A DNA stretch of 64,000 nt from Fimbriosthenelais zetlandica (Eukaryota), in NCBI GenBank assembly GCA_977030845.1, contig OZ365116.1:4712001-4776000 (forward strand), read 5' to 3'. Below, in pieces: positions 12,101-22,001 of this stretch (positions are counted from its first letter, which is position 1; each line of letters begins with the position of its first letter). Below the pieces are notes generated by a model. The model was not told where the DNA came from, ran no database searches, and was given only the letters and a program-made list of their open reading frames with translations. Made by a program: the position numbers and the translations under genes.

Positions 12101-13884
12101 AGAAATGGAAACCGACAACACCCTAATGAGAGTTGACATCAGTTTATCATTTCCTCGGCACCACTACATATACAGATATATGATTATCTATTCCATGAGT
12201 AATTAGGTACTGATAATACTGTCGGATCGAGTCCCTAGGGGGCACCAGATGCAAGCAATATTCAATCACGTCCTCTCATTTTTACTGCATCGGCAGCCAC
12301 CACTAGGACCACTCCACTCCCAGTCTTATACATACAATGTAACAACAAACCACCTTCTGGAAGAATTCAAAAAAGGAAAAAGATTTCTAACCACAGCTAC
12401 CATTCATACATATTATCATCATTATATTTTCAGCATTACCAGCACTGCGGGAGGAAATGAATATGGCCTACTTTACATTATGATTAGGGAAAATGGGGGG
12501 TTGGAGTGGGATAGATATTTAACAATAAGGTATCGAAAAATAACGTTTGTATGAATATATATGTATATTAACGTTTTAAGTAGTTCCTTGGCTTTTTCAC
12601 TTAATAGGTGTTTTCTCTTCAGTGCAATATAGAATATATTCCACTCTCAGATTGCATGCGTGTTAGATACTAACCTTAAGAATTTTACAAATGCATGATT
12701 AACATATATAGTGGAATGCACACATGCAAAGCTGAGCTTCGTTTCTTTTGGAGGTACTTTACATCTCAATGGACATATTATGTATATTTTGTGTGTATAT
12801 ATAAGTGACACAGATATATTCATACATGTACAATCTGCACGTTCACAGAGTAATTTTTTTTCGTAATTTTTGCGTTTGATTGGCTAACATTTGTAAAGGG
12901 CAATAGCAAAAACAGCTCTGGAGAGAAATGTGTAAACATCTTTGTAGCCCTTTCTTAGTATCATCGTTGATGATAAACCTTGAGAAAAATATATGTGATT
13001 TATCTTTTTTACAATCTCAACTGGCACTCATTTTACGATATCAGAATGCCAGAAATGTAACCCTCAGTGTATTATATGTTGTTGTGTAACTACATACATT
13101 ATATATACCTAAGACCTAGCCCTGGGTCCCTTGACTTGTAAGCCTTACACCAGATCATCTTAATTTAATTGTTTCATACTACTTTCAGCTACAGAAGATT
13201 CCTAGTGATGAAAGGGTAAGCTTAGATTGATAATCGACTAACAGTAGCTATTAAGATTAAATAATCATAAGTATCTGCAGTGTATGAAACGGACGCATTA
13301 TTCAGTTTCAGAGGGGTATTTTGACTTCATGGTTTAGAGTGTTGACCATAAATATCCCACCATGCTAAACAGCATCATCAGCATTATACCATTTAAGACA
13401 CCAATTAAGGACTTAACCGATGTCTAAATATCACTATTAATACCGTTGTTGTACCCTCCGTTGTTCGAATTCACTGCCCATTGCGAGGAATGACCAGTAT
13501 CCTTTGTATATCCCCATCTACCCTAACTTTGGACTCGTCCTTGTGATATCAGTTCACATCAACATCCTATCTATCCCTAATATTAAGAATTCACTCTTCA
13601 ATTCTGTGGTTTTGTCTTCAAGCCTAGTCATTGTTGGCAAACAATCATCTCTTCTTGGTATCAAACCACAGAATCTTACCTCATGAATTACCCTCATGAG
13701 GGCCATCTGTTTAATTGAATCGCGGGAAGCGATATATACCATTCAAGTTTTTTCCCGTACCACACACCCTGGTACTAAGATACTTAGACTTGCTTCATGG
13801 TATTAACTCACGTAACCATGCTCCATGGATTTAAACTTATCAGGACACCATGATCCATGGTTATAGTTAAAATATCCATACCTA

Positions 13885-15237
13885 TCACCGTCTGGAGGCC
13901 CCGGCCACCAGACTACAAAGGCGGTCGAGCTTGCTATCCATTGCTTTAAGACGCTCCTCCATGTTTGACACTGAGGTGTCCAGCTCGAGCTGCTGGAGTT
14001 CCAGTTTCTGACATGTCTCGTGGAGGTTATTCTGCATTTTGCTCATCTCGACTAGCGTTATGGAGGAGTCCATCAGGCGCCGCTGCTCCTGTTTCACATC
14101 ACGAATCTGGTGAATGGCTTTAAGCAGCTTGCGTTGGTGCCTGCGAACCACGCTCGTCTTGTTGAGCTTTTTATTCTTGTAGATAAACCAGCCAGCTTTT
14201 AGGATGTTAGCTGCAGCGTGCTTGTATCTCTTGTCCAGTTCCACATCAATGACAAAGTTGTGTACATATTTCTCTGCTCTTGAGAGCTCGAGTTTTCGAG
14301 CTAAGACTGCCACTACAAGAGCAGTACATCCAGCACCAAAGACTCCTGTCAGAACGGCGATGCCACGGCCACAGTAGGAGTTGGGCACGATGTCGCCGTA
14401 GCCCACTGACAGGAAGGTGATGGAGATTACCCACATAGCATTGAGGAAGTCAGCGTGAACCTCATCATGGTACATCTCACAGGCCCTGAACAGCCAGCTA
14501 GAGATGAGCAATGCCGACATCATCAACACAGTGAGCACATACTCTGGGTAGAGAGTCATCATTGATTTGAAGATGAACTTAAAGTTGAAGTGGATCCGGT
14601 TGAGTGCACCAAGACTCTGCGAGGAGGCATCCGTGAAAAGCTTACTGTGGAGCATCAATACACGGCATAGCAGGTAGAACCGCAAAAACATTGGCATTGA
14701 GAAGATGACATCTACTGGCACGATCCAGTGTGATATTTGCTGTGTATGTACATTAAGAGTTGTCCATTCAAAATCATAATCACCTGGGATAGGGTGTATG
14801 GCATACGTGATCAGCTCCAACATGATTTTCAGCACACGTTTCCTTGACATGGCCAGTCTCCAGTCCTCCACTGAATTATCACACATAAAAAGTTTGACAT
14901 CTAACGCGTGGTACCAGATGACAAAGCCAAGCAGTGTAACAGTGGAAATGGTGATACAAGATTTGACCAGAAGGGACGGGGTGTCTGATTTAGAATACAC
15001 CCCAGCCATGTAAAGTTCAGTTTCTGCCACCATAAGTACAATACCCACCAAGGCGAAGAAGAGGGCAAAGTCACACACCACTCTTCGTCTCTTGAACAGC
15101 TCTTTTCTTTTGGCAAGGCGGTAGCCCACATTGTCATACTTGCGTTCAGGTTTCTCTGAGCTGTCTTGAGTGTACATGGCGAATCCACCATTCCTACCGA
15201 CCAGAGGTATTCCGGGGTCTTCTACTACAGTTGTCAT
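13885..15237 (-). CDS. SK: Small-conductance calcium-activated potassium channel (SK/KCa2, KCNN family), single-exon CDS, 450 aa
   Basis: All SK hallmarks lie in one ORF: N-terminal NVGYRL, S1-S4 with DWRLAM, AIHPIPG and PMFLRFYL, the S4-S5 linker LHSKLFTDASSQSLGALN, the pore WVISITFLSVGYGDIVPNSYCG, S6 GAGCTALVVAV, the calmodulin-binding domain RKLELSRAEKYVHNF...AAANILKAGWFIYK...RHQRKLLKAIHQIRDVKQEQR, and a C-terminal coiled coil. An in-frame TGA lies just upstream of the ATG. Confidence 0.98.
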   Translation of the reverse strand: MTTVVEDPGIPLVGRNGGFAMYTQDSSEKPERKYDNVGYRLAKRKELFKRRRVVCDFALFFALVGIVLMVAETELYMAGVYSKSDTPSLLVKSCITISTVTLLGFVIWYHALDVKLFMCDNSVEDWRLAMSRKRVLKIMLELITYAIHPIPGDYDFEWTTLNVHTQQISHWIVPVDVIFSMPMFLRFYLLCRVLMLHSKLFTDASSQSLGALNRIHFNFKFIFKSMMTLYPEYVLTVLMMSALLISSWLFRACEMYHDEVHADFLNAMWVISITFLSVGYGDIVPNSYCGRGIAVLTGVFGAGCTALVVAVLARKLELSRAEKYVHNFVIDVELDKRYKHAAANILKAGWFIYKNKKLNKTSVVRRHQRKLLKAIHQIRDVKQEQRRLMDSSITLVEMSKMQNNLHETCQKLELQQLELDTSVSNMEERLKAMDSKLDRLCSLVAGASRR

Positions 15238-16358
15238 TGTAGAACTATATCGGGCTCAATTCTTTATGGTTGGGGGAAAGTAGATGAAGGTAGAGTAGTG
15301 GTGAAAACTGTAGGACGACTAGAAGAAGAAGCTGGGGAGGTGATGATGTTTTCTTGGTCTGTGAAAGGTGCAGGTCTTCAGCTCTGTTGTTGGCTGGCGT
15401 CACGAGGGAGGATGCATTCAGGAGACATCGTTCTCACTCCCCACATGCTGGCCTCTACCTCAACAGCTCTGTAATGAACAAGAGAAGGAATATCAGACAT
15501 GGCTGGAGGGTAAAACAGCTCAATGCATTGATGAAGAAGCAGCTAGGCTGCCTGAAAGCTGATAGACGGCCGCCCCTCCCTGCAATAGGTTGTGGGAATG
15601 TAATTTGAAACCTGGGATCTGAACAAGCTGCGGTTACATCTATGGCCACGTTGACATGTATTAGCCTAAAATTAGCCACCAATATTATTCATTAGATACC
15701 GATTACAATTAACACCTCGCAAAATCATGACATCAAGTTTCTTATGTGGCATCAAGTTTCATTTTAAGAACTGGTCACATATTGTCCAGTAGACATTGAT
15801 AATGGCATGGTCGCGCAGTAGGAGGGAATGTTTACCATAAACGATGCACATCAGGTAGAACCACATAGTAGACATACACTGCTTCCATTCAGGAAATGGG
15901 AATTATTCAATACAGGATATTACCTTTCTATGGGGTCTCAGCAGACTACATTAAAACCAATACCATGACGAAGACACCTAGGGCCATGGGCATTGTATTG
16001 GATTTAGATGACATGAGGAAATCCTAGATAATAGTAAATCAGGTGTAATATCATTAGTAGATATATATACCCCTACCAGGAGAGTACCTCATTAGATGGA
16101 ACTATGTGTTAAAGAACCGACACATCAGAAAGATTTATCTTAAGTCCAGTCAATAGGTACCCTGTTGATGGGTAACTCTTAAGGCTGCATGAGTCGTACG
16201 TCATATGTTGACTTCTGAGTCTGGTTGTTGCAATAATGCGTAGGTGTTTAGGAGAATGTATATTCATGCCTGTGTTCAACATTGACTATTTTCATAGTAG
16301 TACTGATGCTAAATTCAGATTCATGTTCCTCAGTTTTCCCTCCCATACATACAGTTAC

Positions 16359-16430
16359 CTTGACCCTCATTCCTGACCCCTGGCTACCACATCACTCCCC
16401 ACCTTCTCCCTAGGGGGCGCGTTAATGCAC
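16359..16430 (-). other. Candidate non-coding 5'UTR exon (72 nt) of the SK gene
   Basis: Minus-strand acceptor GATGCTGTTTAG|G and donor AAG|GTAACT flank a GC-rich 72-nt block. All three frames contain stops. Confidence 0.35.
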
Positions 16431-18579
16431 CTAAACAGCATCAAAGTCCAGGGGACGCGGTGAATGACTCTCTATGGGAGCCGCTCGCTGGTAGAAATAC
16501 GCTCATATGTCCATGATGCAGCGACTATGTCAGATCCACCCAGCCCGCTTGTTGTTTAGCTCTGGGATTAAATCTGGGATTTCAAATCCCAAGGTAACAT
16601 CCATGACTGCCAGGCAATGGGATTGATTGAATATGGCGAATGGAATAGCACATTTCAAGAATTGACCTGGGAGCTTTAGGCTCTTAGCTCCATTATAGCC
16701 AACACATTGCCAGATCCGTGCCCAGCAATGTTACAAACATGGACCTTATTCTACAAACATTATGATATCCCTCTTGTATCCATAAAAAAACTCATATTAT
16801 CAGTGAGATTATCACTATTGACCTTTGATTTTTATCTGACTTTTTATGTGCATTTAAATTTAAATTAGTCATGTATTATATTTGGTCACGTAGCATGAAT
16901 CCATTGAACATGGCGATGAATTCCCAAGTCCATACGTATCTGTCTTGCACCTGAAAGTTTGGATAGGCAATTCTCTTGCACTGCTTGTTCAATTATGTAT
17001 TCTAGTCAGCTAGTAAGGTAATATGAGTGATGTGTCTGGGAGGTTAGAAGTCATGACCTTTAACCCCATTTTCTTCATCTCACCAAGACTCGGTACCTGA
17101 GCTCTACCCTATCCAAGCAGAAGTATATGAGTGATTTCCCTTACTACACTTCCTGGCTTACTGGTGAGGCCTAAGGTACAATGTATGAAACCTGAGAATT
17201 CCAAAAGGGAAACCTGTGCCCATCCCAAATTCCTCACTACTATATGTTCACATGATAGAAGAATTAATGTAGAATTTCATCTCAAGACATGTGATAATTG
17301 ATGCCGTGATGGTACGTTAGAGGCTCGAATTTTCACCGCCAGATGTCATTGCTTCCTAAAATTGGATCCAATCTTATCACTTACTTCTTTTGTCAGAATG
17401 TGATATTGGATTGTCATTTTCAGGCATTTTCTGCCCCCTACCCGCATCATCCATACTACCTCAGCCCTGTCTCGACTCTAATTGCTGGGATGTAATTTAT
17501 CTGCCAGCTACTCAGCCTAGTCTCTCACAAGGGCAATTCAATCACCAGTCAGATGAAAATATCCCCGTTTTGCCTCAAGTTTGGAGCAAAACTTCTGATG
17601 GAATTGATTTGTTTTATTTAGAAACTTTCCAAGAGGATCCCTCTGGTACCTCGACTGTATCCTGAGTTTCCATTCCACTTGAACGACCTCTGTCTTTTAC
17701 AAGGACGTGGGCGATAAATCGGGTAATCACCATCTCCATACTCTGCTATGGCATCATCATAAGTTCTAATGAGCACAGCACACTGTAAGCTTCTAATCAG
17801 ATTTCAGTCTAAGCCGTAGACTTGCTCGCTGGATATTCTCCTCATTCGTATTGCAAAGATCATCTAAGTTGTTTACCATAGTCGCGACGGCGGAGGAATC
17901 CCTATAATGTGCCTTTGTAATGACATCAACATTAGTAAGATAAAGCAGTGAGCTATGGTTTCCTCATTAAAGCCCCAGAGGTTTCATGGTCCATTCAGTT
18001 CCAACGAAAATGTTTCTATATCCTTGCCTCTTAAAGACATAGCTTAACTTCTCTAGAATGCTTAAAATGGCTTTTCTATATTCCAAGATGCTTATATTTT
18101 ACCAAATCGATATTTCGCGCTTAATCATTTATATTCATGCGACAATGTTTCAAGAGCAAAAGATATTTTTATAAATATAATTCGGAGATGATTGCTTCAT
18201 ATGTGCTGTTATTTGTCGGAGCTGCTGTAGAAGCTGATCTATTCTTATCAGGTCTGTTGCTGTCAAGAGCTCTAGCCCTCTATCAAATTATCTCTAATTC
18301 TCCTACACTTTTCTCTCCAACCATCGATTTCTTCCTCGTCCTCCCCCAATGCTCATGATTACTCCGCTGACTAGCCTGAATGTGGGCCAAATGGTTTAAA
18401 GTAATGCTGTACTCCTTAAATCCTCAATTTTATACTGTTAAACAGAATGTTCTTAATGCCACACACAGATCTTGGCCATGATCATTTGAGATCAGTCATG
18501 AAACAGAAATTCTCCTAAGATATAATTCAGGAATCCTGGCTGAGACTCGTCCTTAAAAGGATGAAGCAACAAGAAAGGA

Positions 18580-18796
18580 TAAAGCCGGGTCTCCACTGCT
18601 GCGATTTTGTTTGCGACACGTCTGCGACAAAGGTGATGCTTTTGTTTCAATGATAAATTTACCATTGGAGGACGGCCTTAACGCCTTGGAAAATTGAACC
18701 ACAATTTATAAATTTTATTCTTACACAACTTCGCAAGCATCACCTTTGTCGCAGTAGTGTCGCAAGCAAAATCGCAGCAGTGGAGTCCCGGCTTTA
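18580..18796. mobile_element. MITE (213 bp) with 60-bp terminal inverted repeats, flanked by TA
   Basis: 18582-18641 and the reverse complement of 18735-18794 differ at only 4 of 60 positions (AAGCCGGG.CTCCACTGCTGCGATTTTG.TTGCGACAC..CTGCGACAAAGGTGATGCTT). TA lies on both sides and there is no ORF. Confidence 0.9.
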
Positions 18797-20061
18797 GATG
18801 GGAAGGTGAAGAAGAGACGGGTGTGTGTGTAATATTATATTTGTGGGGATTGCTTGGTCTAGATGTACATCTCTTGCTTCCTACCACTTTCATCAGATGT
18901 CTCTTATTGCCTGTTCAGCCCGAGCACATGCTCCGTACGAGAGGTGCAATGAGACGTGCAGTGAGCAAGTGGAGACTGGATGAGCTGCTCACTGAGCCGT
19001 GACAAGACAAACAGGCCAGGCTTCAATCTAGTGAGGAGGAAGGTGTGGGTCATAAAGGCTGCTAGATTGGAAAAGAAAGTGTGAGAAAGGATCAGAGTGT
19101 CGGAGACTCCCGGAGACCAAATTCAAGATTGAACAGGCTTCCAGTTGTTGAATTACTTATCAGGACAGGAACAATGTGGCTTTTCATGCTTGCAGTACCT
19201 GCAACCTGTTTTTTTAGGATAAATAATGAACTATAACAATGTCTGGAAACATTGGAATCTCTATTAATTCATGCAGCTCCTGTAGACACCCTCCGCCGTC
19301 ATTTTTCACACCCACCCATGAAGAGGAAGAACAACTTAAAGCCCTTACAGCCTCCTAGATGATCTGCTTCTTGCCGTCTCTCACTCTCACGACAATCTAT
19401 TGATTTTTTTCTCCATGCCGTCCTAACTAATGGAGGCAGAGCTTTATGAGGGTTGACAATGAGCGAATAACGAGGGCCAAGATGACGGTGATCAGGACCA
19501 CTAACATGACAGCTTAACGCCTCCACTCCGCCCTCTCTCTCTCATTTGTATCAGGTTCTCTTGATTTGATGCAATCAGATCAGTTTGGTATAGACAGCCC
19601 AGGCTGGGAGACATCTAAAGAGCCTTACTAACCTGTCTTTTTTGCTATTGTGCCTGTGAGAAGCTGGGACAATATGCTTAGCTTCAGTATGGATTTCAGA
19701 ATCGAATCATTCCTACATGTATCTCGATCACAAAAATGGCATAGTTTTAAATCATGCAGAACTCTTTCGAAGCTTTTCCCCAGTAAAGAAACAAAACCTG
19801 AGCCTAATTCCCCCTCATTTGGGTACCTGATCTATACCCAATTTAGGATGAAGTACCTAGCACATGATATGAATGAGGGCACTGGAGACATTTTCCTGTG
19901 TTAATTCTATGCTTGGTCCAGGCAGAATTGTTTCAAAGTAGCTGTCATAAGAGGACATCATGCAGTAGGTTTCCTGAGGGCCCTTCCTTCTCCACTCCCC
20001 AATTTCTGCTGAGCAAGACTACCTTTCGTATTTTTCAGATCGGTACAGCCATGTCTATATA

Positions 20062-20144
20062 TAGGGGAATTAGCTTAGTTGGTTACAGCAGAGACAATCA
20101 ACTACATAGTGCATAGTCTCTGGTTGAGCACCAGCTCATTCAGG
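20062..20144 (+). repeat. Dispersed relative of the tRNA-D-arm repeat at 2730
   Basis: AGGGGAATTAGCTTAGTTGGTTACAGCA (20062-20090) and TGGTTGAGCACCAGCTCATTCAGG (20121-20144) match the two halves of the unit. Confidence 0.6.
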
Positions 20145-21959
20145 AGCCACCAATGGAGATGGTGGAAATCATACATAAACTGAAGTGTGTCAGCTGGCAT
20201 TAACTCATGGCATATCAAATATATATCTGGTATATCTGATATATCATTATAACAGATCTCTTATATTTATTACAACCTCAGTAAGGAAGTAAAAACTACA
20301 TTGTACAAGTAATTTCAAACTTGGTGGTATTCATAGGATTCCTTTTTGAGATATTTGTTCTGCTTCTTTTGCTCACATTCCCTTCCCATCCATGCATCCA
20401 CCCATCCATCCTTCTACGCCAGTATATTCCCTCCGAGCCTCTGAAGTCTGACAAATTCATCAGAGCCAAACCACCCCGCTTTCTTGGCTTCATCCACTTC
20501 CTGTCACGCAAGGTCACATGGCCCAGGCGCATGACGTGATGTACTGGAGACAGACCTCCATCTTTATGCAGGCTGACACCTGGTGATTGAAGATGGGAAC
20601 TTCTAGAGGTTCCACGGCTACCGAGTTGATAGAGCCATAAAGAGTGAAATCACATTGGATATCCCTCGGTCAGAATGCTCACGGAGGTAGAAAGTTAGCA
20701 TAAGGAAATATCATCATCACGCTCATAGCTGCAGAAACTATTTCCTCTGGGCCATTCTGCTCGAATTAGTTCAGAGATTAAAAATGGGAGCTCTTTATTT
20801 TATGAGTATTTCCTTTGGATACTTTGGGCTACTATAAATATTGATTATTCTGTTGAAATTTGAAATGGAATTAATCTCAATTCAGCTGATGGTTTGCCGC
20901 ATTGTATATATATTATATACATTTCCCATTGTAAAACATGGCCGCGTTTTCTGATGCCCTAAATGGTCTCGTTGCTAAGCAATACATTGCCTGCGGGGCT
21001 TACGATTAGAACGCGGGGGATCGATTGGCGGGGCATTTCATCAAGATATTCACAGAGAGTTGAGTAGAGAGATAGATATTATCCCCAGGCTAGGCTTTCA
21101 ACGCCTTCTGCTCATGGCTTCAGCTGACACAGGGGTATTGGACTCATATTGTACAAAAAGCTGCAAATGCTGCTCATTTGCATGCATTATATTCCTCTAC
21201 TTTTGTCCCTTTCCCTTCTCTCTTCCTCTCTAGCATCCCTGTATGTTTTATGAGGGTTTTGTAGGTTCATTTTTGTGTCTTGTTTTCTTTCTCATCTTAT
21301 CTTATTGTCTTTCTCAAAATGTCCAATACATCTCATCGCCTGTTAGTGCTCTATTTGAAGTAAGACTTCATGTGAGAGATGTGGATTTCTTTCCTCGATA
21401 CGGCGGTGACACAATGTAGCCAGCTGGCTCATTCTGAATGCATTACACCACCTTCTCTCACTCCAGCACATGCCACTAAGCTCTGCCACCCCCGAGCTGA
21501 CCAAAGGTCCTGCCAGTAAATATTTTTCAATGCTTTATGAGACTAGCCAGTGGCCTGTATACTTGAGTAACGATTTTCCACACGGGGGCCGGAAGGTGGG
21601 CTCCATAAAGTACCCCCGGTATTTACCAGGTGTCGGCACAACTGTTATTGTGAATTTTTATGAGTCCATTACTGATGTAGGAAGCTGTTTTCTCTTTCTG
21701 ATTGCCCTGGTCATTGGTCCTATACGGCCTGAGTACACCCCACCCATCAAACACTCCTCACTGATGATAAATCAATCTCTTTGACACCTTACATACAGTA
21801 TGCAAAGCACTAAAGGAATACATTGATTGCTAGCTATACATATAGCTCCCAATACTCTACTTCTGTTGAGCAATTCCACTCGAAACTAATTTTCCTAGCT
21901 GTCCAAATATAAACGGCTTTATCCTAAAACCAGTCTGGTGAGGAACGAGATAAGCCAAG

Positions 21960-22001
21960 GTGACCTTGGACGTGACCTTCGGTGACCTTGCCCTGACCTT
22001 T
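21960..22001. repeat. Four closely spaced TGACCT(T) motifs
   Basis: TGACCT occurs at 21961, 21973, 21983 and 21994. Confidence 0.7.

Noticed and set aside
14246-15608. Overlapping alternative-frame and antisense ORFs around the SK CDS
   Set aside because: They are shadows of the real coding sequence and the GC-rich leader.
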